From a candidate division WOR-3 bacterium (lineage in GTDB: Bacteria > Hydrothermota > 32-111): a DNA stretch of 64,000 bases. The position numbers and the translations under genes were made by a program. The notes under the pieces were generated by a model. The model saw nothing but the letters and a program-made list of their open reading frames with translations. It was not told the origin of the DNA and did no database searches. The stretch lies in the NCBI GenBank assembly GCA_039804105.1, contig JBDRZU010000001.1, positions 288,001-352,000 of the forward strand, given 5' to 3'. Shown here piece by piece: positions 30,578-39,292 of the stretch (position 1 is its first letter; every line of letters begins with the position of its first letter).

Positions 30578-32404
30578 TCACTTGATCTTAAACATTTTTT
30601 TTAATCTTGTTCCCTTTTTTATAAAATACAGTCCCTTACGTTTAAAATTTTCTGGTAGTTTTCTTCCTAAAATATCATAGCATATTTCTTCGTTTTTAAA
30701 AGTATGGTCATTTTCCTTTTCTTTTGTGTTATCTTCTTTTAAATGTGATACAGGTTTTTCAAAAAATAAAGTAGCACAATTTTTTAAAAGGATATAAACT
30801 CCTTCTTCATCAAATATTATATCTTTCAGATTTCTAAAATTTTTACCTTCGAGATAAACTTTTTGGAAATCATCCTTATACAAAATTATTGAATCCCTTG
30901 TTAAAAAAACAACCATAGTATCATCATAATTGTAAAAATCAACATAGTTAGGGATATAAAAACTTTCATCTTCCAAAAGATCATTATAATCTATTATTGA
31001 AATTTTATCATCATTTTTTAAAGTAAACAATCTATTTTTAAAAGAAAAAATTTTTTTAAAATAAGAACCATCAAAATATGACTTAACAAATTGTCCATTT
31101 TTGGTGAGTTTCAATACTCCATTTTGTCCAGAAATAAAATAGAAAAAAGAATCATACTTTTCAAAATCGTTTGAATTAAAATTTATTTTAAAAAGGTTTA
31201 CGATAGAATCATTTATAAGATCCAGTTTTTTAATAAAACCATTGTTATCAAGAAAATATAAATTTTCGTCAGTGAACTTGATAATACTCACATAAGAATT
31301 TATTGGAAAAAATTTGAAAGAATCATCTCTTGGTATTATAATATCATTATAACAAAGAAGAATGTTTTCTTTTTTTAACAGGGTCTTACTTTTTCCTTTT
31401 GTTTCAATAACTGAATCCTTCAAAAAAATGTAAAAACTATCGTCAGAAAAGAAACCTTTTTTGTTGGATGTTCTTAAAAATCCTTTAAAAGATCTCGAAA
31501 AAACTTTACTGTCTTTAAATGATTTTGAAATCAGAGAATACTTTTTGATTTTGAAACCAGTGTTTATATAAAAAGTATCATTTTCAAACACGATATCTTT
31601 TACAGGATCTTTGAATTCAAAAGAATCAACAGAATAAGTAATAAAAGAATCGATCACGGTTCTTATAAAAAGAGAATCTGAACTTGAAAGTATCAAAAAA
31701 GAATCAACAATAAATCCATTTTCGTAGATTCTGTTATCTGGAACCTCATATAAAAGTTTTAGAGAGTCATCTCGTAAAACAAAAAAGTAGAGGTATTTAT
31801 CATTTGAATTTGAAATTATCGTTGAATATCTATTAAAAAAAAGGAACCTAGAATTGTTAACAAAAAAATTATTTCTTATTAAAAAAGAATCCCCTTGTAC
31901 TTTACCATATTTGATAATTTCCCCATTATTTGTTATAAACAAAAGATTATTGTTTTGAGAAAACACTTTGTCTATCGAATTAAGATTAAAATGTTTTATC
32001 TTGATAAGAGAATCATTTTCATACCTATAAAGATAGTAAATTTCCCCCAATTTAAAAAGTAAATAATTTTTAGAAATCAAAATTTTTTCAACAGTGTAAT
32101 CCAATGACTCTGAAAAAATTAACGATGGAATGGAATCAATCTTATAAATTTCAAAAAAATTATCTTCATATAGAATTGAAAGCAAAGAATCTGTCTTTGC
32201 TGTAGATTTAACATTTCTATCAAAAATTTTTACAGGAGTGAAATTGTTATCATCATTGAAAAATCCAATTTCTGTAATAAAGATCTTACTGTTTAAATTT
32301 TTTAATGAGTTACCAATATCAACAATTTTAGAAAATTCATACGAATTTGAAAATAGTTTGAAATTTAAAACAAAAATCAATAAAAACAAAAAGATTCTAA
32401 ACAT
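30578..32404 (-). CDS. Hypothetical secreted beta-rich (propeller-like) protein with a short T9SS-like tail
   Basis: Signal peptide, repeated short beta segments, C-terminal CYDILGRKL...KGLYFIKKG...KK. Confidence 0.6.
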   Translation of the reverse strand: MFRIFLFLLIFVLNFKLFSNSYEFSKIVDIGNSLKNLNSKIFITEIGFFNDDNNFTPVKIFDRNVKSTAKTDSLLSILYEDNFFEIYKIDSIPSLIFSESLDYTVEKILISKNYLLFKLGEIYYLYRYENDSLIKIKHFNLNSIDKVFSQNNNLLFITNNGEIIKYGKVQGDSFLIRNNFFVNNSRFLFFNRYSTIISNSNDKYLYFFVLRDDSLKLLYEVPDNRIYENGFIVDSFLILSSSDSLFIRTVIDSFITYSVDSFEFKDPVKDIVFENDTFYINTGFKIKKYSLISKSFKDSKVFSRSFKGFLRTSNKKGFFSDDSFYIFLKDSVIETKGKSKTLLKKENILLCYNDIIIPRDDSFKFFPINSYVSIIKFTDENLYFLDNNGFIKKLDLINDSIVNLFKINFNSNDFEKYDSFFYFISGQNGVLKLTKNGQFVKSYFDGSYFKKIFSFKNRLFTLKNDDKISIIDYNDLLEDESFYIPNYVDFYNYDDTMVVFLTRDSIILYKDDFQKVYLEGKNFRNLKDIIFDEEGVYILLKNCATLFFEKPVSHLKEDNTKEKENDHTFKNEEICYDILGRKLPENFKRKGLYFIKKGTRLKKMFKIK

Positions 32405-32411
32405 ATTTAAG

Positions 32412-32439
32412 ATTATATCTAATTGGAAATTTTAGTCAA
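32412..32439 (-). promoter_or_regulatory. sigma70 promoter, probably giving a leaderless transcript of the 30578-32404 gene and the downstream operon
   Basis: TTGACT-N16-TATAAT, 7 nt to the ATG, no SD. Confidence 0.65.
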
Positions 32440-32442
32440 CTT

Positions 32443-32474
32443 GAAGAAAGAGGGGAAAATCCCCTCTTCTTTTT
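32443..32474. terminator. Hairpin/terminator downstream of pruA
   Basis: AAGAGGGG-AAAAT-CCCCTCTT stem-loop with T-rich tails on both strands. Confidence 0.65.
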
Positions 32475-34044
32475 AAACTTTTTCGCTGAACACTTTTGCC
32501 TGTAAGAATAGCAAAAGATAATCAGGTCCACCTGCTTTCGAATCGGTTCCCGAAAGATTGAATCCCCCAAAAGGATGAACACCAACAAGTGCTCCTGTAC
32601 AACCTCTATTAATGTAAAGATTACCTGTCAACAACTCTTCAGTTGCTTTTTTAATTTTTTGTCGATCTTTTGTATAAACTGCACCAGTTAAACCGTAAAT
32701 AGTATCGTTTGCAATTTCTATTGATTTTTCAAACGATTCAGATTTTATTATCGCAAGAACCGGTCCAAAGATTTCTTCCTGTTCAAGTTTTGAAAGTGGT
32801 TTTATATCAGCAAAAACTGTTGGTTCAATAAAATATCCACCATTGTTATCTATAGCTTTTCCACCTGTGATCAATCTACCCTCTTTTTTACCTTCTTCAA
32901 TGTAGCTCATTATCTTTGCTTTTGAAGAAGCACTTGAAACAGGTCCCATATTGTAATAATGAACATCTGGAACCGGGAATTCTCTTGTGTCAACCACTTT
33001 TATTTTTTCAGTTTTTTCTTTTATCAATTGCACCATTTTGTCATAAACCTTTTCATGAATTATGGCTCTTGAGCACGCTGAACATTTTTGTCCTTGAAAA
33101 CCAAAAGCACTCTGAACTATTCCATTTGCAGCACTTTCAAGATCAGCATCATCTTCAACTATAATATAATCCTTTCCACCCATCTCAGCGACAACCCTTT
33201 TCAACCATTTTTGCCCTGGATTAACCTTAGATGCTCTTTCATAAATTCTCATTCCAATTTCCATAGAACCTGTAAATGAAACAAACCTTGTCAAAGGATG
33301 ATCAACAAGTGTATCACCTACCTCTCCACCACTTCCTGGAACAAAGTTCAAAACACCATCAGGTAAACCTGCTTCTTTCAATATTTCAACAAGTTTATAA
33401 GCGATAACAGGAGTATCTGATGCAGGTTTCAATACAACTGTATTACCTGTCACAAGAGCAGCTGTTGTCATACCAGTAGTTATTGCAAGTGGGAAATTCC
33501 ATGGTGGAATAACTACACCAACTCCAAGAGGTATATAGACCTGATGGTTATCTTCACCATTTATTTTTACAAGTGGTGTCTCTTGAGAGTATCTCAACCC
33601 TTCTCTTGCATAATATTCCATAAAATCTATCGCTTCCGATGTATCAGCATCCGCCTCAACCCAGTTTTTACCTATTTCAATAACCATTGTTGCAGAAAGT
33701 TCCATCTTTCTCTGTCTCATTATCTCAGCAGCTCTTAAAAGTATAGCCGATCTTTTTGCCTGACTCTCTTTAGACCACCATGAAAAATTTTTGTATGCCT
33801 TTTCTATAGCTTCGATTGCCTGCTGTTTTGTTGCTTTGCTCACAAGACCAACTATTTCAGATGGTTTTGAAGGATTTGTTGACTTTATTTTGTCCTGATT
33901 AAAGATCTCTTTACCATCAATAATGATAGGATATTCCTTTCCAAACTCAGATTCAACCTTTTTGATAGCATCTTTCATAAGTTTTTGTTCTTCCTGAGTT
34001 TTGAACAGGATAATTTTTGTGTTTTCAAAAGGTTTTGTTATCAT
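32473..34044 (-). CDS. pruA: L-glutamate gamma-semialdehyde (P5C) dehydrogenase, RocA/PruA type
   Basis: EADADTSEAIDF.EYY, PPWNFPLAI, LKPAS, FTGS, AEMGGKD, FGFQGQKCSACSR, EEIFGPV, PFGGF..SGTDSKAGGPDYL. Confidence 0.93.
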   Translation of the reverse strand: MITKPFENTKIILFKTQEEQKLMKDAIKKVESEFGKEYPIIIDGKEIFNQDKIKSTNPSKPSEIVGLVSKATKQQAIEAIEKAYKNFSWWSKESQAKRSAILLRAAEIMRQRKMELSATMVIEIGKNWVEADADTSEAIDFMEYYAREGLRYSQETPLVKINGEDNHQVYIPLGVGVVIPPWNFPLAITTGMTTAALVTGNTVVLKPASDTPVIAYKLVEILKEAGLPDGVLNFVPGSGGEVGDTLVDHPLTRFVSFTGSMEIGMRIYERASKVNPGQKWLKRVVAEMGGKDYIIVEDDADLESAANGIVQSAFGFQGQKCSACSRAIIHEKVYDKMVQLIKEKTEKIKVVDTREFPVPDVHYYNMGPVSSASSKAKIMSYIEEGKKEGRLITGGKAIDNNGGYFIEPTVFADIKPLSKLEQEEIFGPVLAIIKSESFEKSIEIANDTIYGLTGAVYTKDRQKIKKATEELLTGNLYINRGCTGALVGVHPFGGFNLSGTDSKAGGPDYLLLFLQAKVFSEKV

Positions 34045-34057
34045 ATATCACTCCTTT

Positions 34058-35383
34058 TTATTTTATTAGATCGTTAAGAAAACTGAAAATCTTTTTATCT
34101 ATCATTAGATTGTTTTCATAAGACCATAAATCATATTTATAGTATGAATTTAACCTTCTGTCAACATTTTTTATGAAGTAAACTTTACCCTTCAATTCAA
34201 AAGTTCTATCAATATCCTCTTTTTCTAAAATATCCTTTGAAAAGATGAACAAGAAATCGCTTCTTTTTTTATAAAATAATTCAATTTCATCAAAAGTCAT
34301 AGTGGTGTCAACAATTTCATATTTTAAAAATTTTTCATAATTTCTAAACAAATAGTTATTTTTAAAAGAAATTTTTTTATAAAAATCTTCAGCCCAAATT
34401 TTTATATCTTTTAGTGGTGGATTTATTAGAATCACTCGATCAAAATTTTCTATATTCAAATACAGAAAAAAATGATTGAAAGAGAGAAGATAAACTTTTT
34501 TGAAATCTCTTTTTAAAAAGTCAAATATTTCATTTATCGCTTTTTCTATATTAACACTATTAAGTTCCTTATTCTTAAATTCAAAAATAACAGTTGGAAT
34601 GTCCAAATTTTCTGAAATTTGGAGTTGAGTAAAAGGAGTTATACTGTTTGAGATGTTACCAAACATGTCAGAAGTGAATGTGAATGGGGTTATTAAAACA
34701 ACTGTATTCCTTTGATCGTTATAAGAAAGCAAAATGTTCGTATATTTTAGTTCTATAAATCTTCTATTTTTCTTTTTATAAAAATTCTCAGGTCTATACA
34801 TTCTGTTAACATTTATAGAATATGGGTTTTTAATCTCAAATATTTTATCGTTTTTGATATATCTGTAATTAAAATAATAAACAGAATCGATTATTCCATT
34901 TTTGTAAAAAATCGAATATGCACCAAAACCAAAAATATATTCATTGCCATTCCTTTTTACATTTAAAAATTCGTTTCTATTAAAATTGAAAACACTATCT
35001 TTTTTTATACCCCCCAAATATGAAACAGTTAAAATATTTTCTACTCCAATAAAATCGTAGGGTTTTATTTTATATTTTAAAAGTTTATCATAAAAAGATT
35101 TTTTTAAAATTCCATTATTGGACTCTATACGCTCAGGAAGAGCCCGGTCAGAATAGTATTTATAACATTTAAAACTATTTTCCTTAATATTCGTTTTCGA
35201 AAGATTATACTCCTTTGAAAAACCATCTATAAAAAGAGTCCTTTCTATGATCATGGAATTATATATTTCAAGATTCGAATATCCAACGATCTTATTTTCC
35301 TTAAATATTGTATAAGAAAAAATCTCTGAAAATAGATTCAAGTTAAATAGAGAAATAAAAACTAAAATCTGGAAAGATTTCAT
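34058..35383 (-). CDS. Hypothetical exported protein; C-terminal half resembles a degenerate alpha/beta-hydrolase fold
   Basis: Signal-like N-terminus; VVLI...DMFGN, KVYLLSF, RVILINPP patterns; no GxSxG. Confidence 0.5.
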   Translation of the reverse strand: MKSFQILVFISLFNLNLFSEIFSYTIFKENKIVGYSNLEIYNSMIIERTLFIDGFSKEYNLSKTNIKENSFKCYKYYSDRALPERIESNNGILKKSFYDKLLKYKIKPYDFIGVENILTVSYLGGIKKDSVFNFNRNEFLNVKRNGNEYIFGFGAYSIFYKNGIIDSVYYFNYRYIKNDKIFEIKNPYSINVNRMYRPENFYKKKNRRFIELKYTNILLSYNDQRNTVVLITPFTFTSDMFGNISNSITPFTQLQISENLDIPTVIFEFKNKELNSVNIEKAINEIFDFLKRDFKKVYLLSFNHFFLYLNIENFDRVILINPPLKDIKIWAEDFYKKISFKNNYLFRNYEKFLKYEIVDTTMTFDEIELFYKKRSDFLFIFSKDILEKEDIDRTFELKGKVYFIKNVDRRLNSYYKYDLWSYENNLMIDKKIFSFLNDLIK

Positions 35384-35859
35384 GGAAAGATCAAAGTTGT
35401 ATCATTCAAAAGTTCAATATCGAGTATTAAACTTTCCTGGGAAAATTCTTTAACAAAAATTCTTAAATACCTTTCATCACTTGTTTTTACAAAATACCAA
35501 TTGCCTTTTGCAGGATACTCCATATCAAAATATCCTTCTTGTGGAGGAATATTATATTTTTCTGTTCCCATATTGTAAAATCCCGTGATCTTTTTATTTC
35601 CCTTTGAAAGAATAGTATCTTTGGATGGTGATAAAAAAAGAATTGAATTGGAAAAGAAGGATGAAACTATAATATCAGAAAATATTGATACTGTATCGAT
35701 TGTTAAAATCGAATCTTTTATAGAAATTGTAGATAGAGAATTGAAAGAATTATTGAATAATTTTACATCATCATACTTTTTAACATTTATAGTTTGGGTA
35801 TTTTTTAATGAACAAGAACCTAATATAACAAATAAAATTAAAAATATATTTTTTTTCAT
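35380..35859 (-). CDS. Lipoprotein with an HmuY-like C-terminal motif
   Basis: Lipobox LGSC; WYFVKTSDERYLRIFVKEF. Confidence 0.55.
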   Translation of the reverse strand: MKKNIFLILFVILGSCSLKNTQTINVKKYDDVKLFNNSFNSLSTISIKDSILTIDTVSIFSDIIVSSFFSNSILFLSPSKDTILSKGNKKITGFYNMGTEKYNIPPQEGYFDMEYPAKGNWYFVKTSDERYLRIFVKEFSQESLILDIELLNDTTLIFP

Positions 35860-35865
35860 TAAATT

Positions 35866-35896
35866 AAAAAAAAGGAGGGTTTTTAAAACCCTCCTT
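35866..35896 (-). terminator. Intrinsic terminator between the two HmuY-like lipoprotein genes
   Basis: AAGGAGGGTTTTAAAAACCCTCCTT hairpin running into a U-tract on the minus strand. Confidence 0.8.
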
Positions 35897-35905
35897 GAAT
35901 TTTAG

Positions 35906-36460
35906 TTATTCTTCAACACCAAAATATCTTGTTCCGTCTGTCTGATACCAGTATTCAAATTTCACATAGTCATATGGAGATGCATATTCTGTTATATGCA
36001 ATTTTGCATAGTGACCATTTTCAAATTTTACCCAGTACCATGCATCAGCGTTAACGACAACTGAAATTCCAGTCATCGTTGCTGGCGCTGTTGTAACTGA
36101 TGTATCTGTTATAACTTCAAAATATGTTGTCTTTGGATTATTTGCTGAGCCCCAATAATAAACTGCTGAATCACCATCTGCTGAAACAAAGTAAGCGCCT
36201 GCGGAATAATCTCTATCATTATAATAAAAATCTATGACTCCACCATTTCCAGTAACAGAAATTGCTTCACCCTGCCCTGTTTCTGCATTTGAAATCCAGA
36301 ATCCTGATGGACCTGCCTGATCAAAATCGTACATTGTTGTTGTTGTTGAAGCAGCATAATATACAACAGTATCAGAATGGTCAACAACTGGTGGTTGGAT
36401 AATTGAACAGCCAGTGAATACTAAAACAAAAACAAATAAAATTGTTAACAATCTTTTCAT
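35906..36460 (-). CDS. Lipoprotein with an HmuY-like C-terminal motif
   Basis: Lipobox FTGC; WYWVKFENGHYAKLHITEY...VKFEYWYQTDG. Confidence 0.6.
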   Translation of the reverse strand: MKRLLTILFVFVLVFTGCSIIQPPVVDHSDTVVYYAASTTTTMYDFDQAGPSGFWISNAETGQGEAISVTGNGGVIDFYYNDRDYSAGAYFVSADGDSAVYYWGSANNPKTTYFEVITDTSVTTAPATMTGISVVVNADAWYWVKFENGHYAKLHITEYASPYDYVKFEYWYQTDGTRYFGVEE

Positions 36461-36469
36461 CTTTCCTCC

Positions 36470-36733
36470 TTACTTTGTTTTTGGTGGTGCTGTTTTTACT
36501 GGTTTATCTGTTGTGTTTGTTGGAGCACCTGTTGTTGATTTAACTTCTTCTTTTGGCATCAATTTCATGTTCAAAGAATCAACTGTTGTTTGAAGTTTTG
36601 TAACTGTTTCCTGAAGTTTTGCAACATCATTCTGTAATTTTTGAACATCTGTTTTAATTTGTGTGTCTGTGCAACCAGTAATAACGAAAAGCAAAATTGA
36701 AAATGAAATAATTCCCAAGAGTAGTTTCTTCAT
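36470..36733 (-). CDS. Small coiled-coil lipoprotein with Lpp-like architecture
   Basis: Lipobox ITGC, four heptads VQKLQND/VAKLQET/VTKLQTT/VDSLNMK, Pro/Thr/Lys tail ending in Lys; AGGAGG SD. Confidence 0.7.
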   Translation of the reverse strand: MKKLLLGIISFSILLFVITGCTDTQIKTDVQKLQNDVAKLQETVTKLQTTVDSLNMKLMPKEEVKSTTGAPTNTTDKPVKTAPPKTK

Positions 36734-36752
36734 AAAACCTCCTTTTTCGAAA

Positions 36753-36780
36753 ATTATATATTGTAAAGACCAAATGTCAA
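36753..36780 (-). promoter_or_regulatory. Consensus sigma70 promoter of the lipoprotein operon
   Basis: TTGACA-N16-TATAAT. Confidence 0.75.
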
Positions 36781-37184
36781 TAGATTCAAAAGAAGTATAT
36801 TAGGCGATTTTTCCTTTTTTTATCTACCTCTTCTGAAACTATTTCCTCTTGGCCTTCTAAAACCTTCCTCTCTTGGTTTTGCCTGGTTTACAACTAATTT
36901 TCTTCCTGCAACTTCTTTTCCATTTAATTCATTAATCGCTTTCTGTGCATTGTCATCAGCCATTTCAACAAAACCGAATCCCTTTGATCTGTTTGTTTCT
37001 CTGTCTCTGATAACTGTTACCGAGTTCACTTCACCGAAAACTTCAAATTCTTTTTTGAGTTCTTCCTCTGTCAATGAGAAAGATAAATTACCTACGTAAA
37101 TCTTCATTTGTTCTCCTTTTTCTTTTTAAATTGAATTTTATATATGGAAAATCGCCTAATTTCATTTTCATCTGAGAATCTATT
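36779..37184. repeat. Inverted repeats flanking the RRM gene (36799-36814 vs 37146-37160; 36779-36787 vs 37176-37184)
   Basis: ATTAGGCGATTTTTCC vs GGAAAATCGCCTAAT (15 pairs, one bulged nt); AATAGATTC vs GAATCTATT (9 pairs). Confidence 0.75.
36820..37107 (-). CDS. RRM-domain RNA-binding protein (Rbp family)
   Basis: RNP2 IYVGNL, RNP1 KGFGFVEM, Arg/Gly-rich tail. Confidence 0.95.
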   Translation of the reverse strand: MKIYVGNLSFSLTEEELKKEFEVFGEVNSVTVIRDRETNRSKGFGFVEMADDNAQKAINELNGKEVAGRKLVVNQAKPREEGFRRPRGNSFRRGR

Positions 37185-37273
37185 TTAATTGGAAATATCC
37201 CTTCCCTTAAAAACTTTTTGAAACATCAAACACTTCCGAACTTTTTTTTCTAATATAATTTTTCATTAAAAAT

Positions 37274-37301
37274 ATAATACACTAAAATTTAATTGTGTCA
37301 A
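37274..37301 (-). promoter_or_regulatory. Putative sigma70 promoter of the RRM gene (implies a 5' UTR of about 160 nt)
   Basis: TTGACA-N16-TATTAT. Confidence 0.6.
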
Positions 37302-37315
37302 TAGTTTTTTTAAAA

Positions 37316-37399
37316 CGGAGGATGAGGGACTCGAACCCCCAAGGGCTCATCACCCGGCGGATTTCAAATCCGCTGCCTTACCAATTAGACTAATCCTCC
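37316..37399 (-). tRNA. tRNA-Ser (anticodon TGA), CCA not encoded
   Basis: Acceptor GGAGGAT/ATCCTCC, G73, anticodon arm GCGGA-TT-TGA-AA-TCCGC, long variable arm, T-loop TTCGAGT. Confidence 0.95.
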
Positions 37400-37408
37400 G
37401 TTTGCTCC

Positions 37409-37436
37409 ATTATATTTAAATCATCTTTCTTGTCAA
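37409..37436 (-). promoter_or_regulatory. sigma70 promoter of tRNA-Ser(TGA)
   Basis: TTGACA-N16-TATAAT ending about 10 nt before the tRNA 5' end. Confidence 0.75.
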
Positions 37437-37446
37437 TAATCTATTT

Positions 37447-38667
37447 TTATGAAAGGTTCTTTTTTAACAAAAAAAACAAGAATATTGATATTACCTGTGA
37501 AATTATCAAAAATGTTATCAATATACCTTTTGAAAAATCATACAAAAATCCAACAAAACTACTACCAAGGAAAAAAGATAAACCGTATATTAGGTTAAAT
37601 ATTCCATAACCAGTTCCCCTTTTTTTTATAGATGTTATATCAGCGATAGCAGCTTTCATTATAGTTTCATGTGCTCCCATTACTATTCCCCAGATGATCA
37701 CAGCGGTTAATACAAAATAATAGTTTAAAGAAAATGCAAGAGGTATAATAAAGGTTGTAAGAATTGGAATGACAACCAGAAGGTTCAACCCAGCATCCTC
37801 TTTTTTTGAATTTTCTTTAAAATTGTCATAAACCTTTCCAATTATGATTGCAAAAACTGCATCAACAAGCATAGCAACAGCATAAAAAAGTGGAATTAGA
37901 TTATCTGAAACTATTTTTGAATCTTTCATGTGGTAACCAATCAAAGCAAAGTTAACAAAACCAAATGTTGTTGTAAATGTGAACAGAGAATAGAGCCAGA
38001 AAAGTTTTGATAAACCTTCATTTTCAATTTTCCTTTCAACATTTTCAATATTGTAACCTTTATATATAAAATACACAGAAACAATGATTCCTATAAGAAT
38101 CAAATAAGGAATAAACATAATTCTATACGCTGATTGATAATCATGTAAACTTCTTTCACCAACACCTTTTGATAGAAAAAATAATGAGAATATCAAAGGA
38201 CCTGTTGTTGCTCCGATCTGGTCAAAAAACTCTGAAATACCAAACCCAACTCCTGTTCCAACTTTCTTTGTTGCAAATGAAACTAAAGTATCCCTTGCTG
38301 GACTTCTCAAACCTTTTCCCAACCTTTCAAGAACGATTAACATCGCAGCAATCTGCCAGATACCTGTTAATGAAAGTAAAGGAATAGAAATGAGCAACGA
38401 ATAACCTAAAAAAAGAAAAAACCAGTGTGCCTTTGTCTTATCTGAGAGATAACCTGAAAAGAATCTGAGTCCATAACCAATAAATTCACTGATACCTATT
38501 ATCAAGCCAAGCAAAGCCGCATTTGAGCCAAGAATTTTTAGATAAGGCCCATTAACTCCCCTTGCTCCTTCATATATTATATCACCGAACAAACTTATTA
38601 AACCAAAAAGAGTTATTATTAGAAACGCTTTTTTCATCTCTCTGTCAAGTTTTTCCCCGTTTCCCAT
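37447..38667 (-). CDS. MFS transporter
   Basis: About 12 TM; GYLSDK motif A-like segment, ERLGKGLRSPARD, RGTGYGIF. Confidence 0.88.
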   Translation of the reverse strand: MGNGEKLDREMKKAFLIITLFGLISLFGDIIYEGARGVNGPYLKILGSNAALLGLIIGISEFIGYGLRFFSGYLSDKTKAHWFFLFLGYSLLISIPLLSLTGIWQIAAMLIVLERLGKGLRSPARDTLVSFATKKVGTGVGFGISEFFDQIGATTGPLIFSLFFLSKGVGERSLHDYQSAYRIMFIPYLILIGIIVSVYFIYKGYNIENVERKIENEGLSKLFWLYSLFTFTTTFGFVNFALIGYHMKDSKIVSDNLIPLFYAVAMLVDAVFAIIIGKVYDNFKENSKKEDAGLNLLVVIPILTTFIIPLAFSLNYYFVLTAVIIWGIVMGAHETIMKAAIADITSIKKRGTGYGIFNLIYGLSFFLGSSFVGFLYDFSKGILITFLIISQVISIFLFFLLKKNLS

Positions 38668-38708
38668 ATATACTCCTTTTTTAAAAATTTTTCAAACTTA
38701 TCACAAAG

Positions 38709-38796
38709 CGGAGAGGCCGGGATTCGAACCCGGGGTACCCTTTCGGATACTCCGCATTTCGAGTGCGGTGCCTTAAACCAACTCGACCACCTCTCC
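38709..38796 (-). tRNA. tRNA-Ser (anticodon CGA), CCA not encoded
   Basis: Acceptor GGAGAGG/CCTCTCC, G73, CCGCA-CT-CGA-AA-TGCGG, variable arm GTATCC-GAAA-GGGTAC, TTCGAAT. Confidence 0.95.
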
Positions 38797-39249
38797 TTTT
38801 TCTCTCAGTTCTTTAAAAAATTCTTTCAAAATTTTTATCGATTTTTCTTTTAAAACACCTTCTTTTATTATCAATCTATGGTTTGTTTTAAGATTTTCTA
38901 TATTTATCAGAGAATATATCCCACCAAACTTTTTGTTTCTACAACCAAAAACCACTCTATCGATTCTTGAAAGAATAATTGCAAAACTACACATTATACA
39001 TGGTTCAACATTTGTATAAATGGTACAACCTTGAAGACGCCAATCTTTTAACTTTTTTTGTGCTTTTACTATTGCATCAAGTTCAGCATGCATAATTGAA
39101 CTTTTTTTGATTTCGACCCTGTTATAAGATTTAGAAATTATTTCTCCATTTTTAACTATAATTGCACCGATCGGGATCTCTCCTTTTTTCTTTGCTTTTG
39201 ATGCTTCTTTTAAAACTTTTTCCATAAAATAATAATCGTCCTTTTTCAT
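38773..39249 (-). CDS. tadA: tRNA adenosine(34) deaminase (start revised to ATG 39249; 3' end overlaps tRNA-Ser(CGA))
   Basis: GEIPIGAIIV, HAE, WRL, EPCIMC, RI.RVVFG, NH, FFKELR. Confidence 0.9.
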   Translation of the reverse strand: MKKDDYYFMEKVLKEASKAKKKGEIPIGAIIVKNGEIISKSYNRVEIKKSSIMHAELDAIVKAQKKLKDWRLQGCTIYTNVEPCIMCSFAIILSRIDRVVFGCRNKKFGGIYSLINIENLKTNHRLIIKEGVLKEKSIKILKEFFKELREKGEVVELV

Positions 39250-39256
39250 AAAGTTT

Positions 39257-39285
39257 AATATAATATATAAAGGTGATAAGGTCAA
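39257..39285 (-). promoter_or_regulatory. Putative promoter for leaderless tadA-tRNA-Ser
   Basis: TTGACC-N17-TATATT, 7 nt to ATG 39249, no SD. Confidence 0.5.
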
Positions 39286-39292
39286 TACAGAT

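Noticed and set aside
37316..37399. Possible selenocysteine or suppressor tRNA because of TGA in the anticodon loop
   Set aside because: The anticodon itself is UGA and reads UCA (Ser); tRNA-Sec has anticodon UCA. The arms fit an ordinary tRNA-Ser
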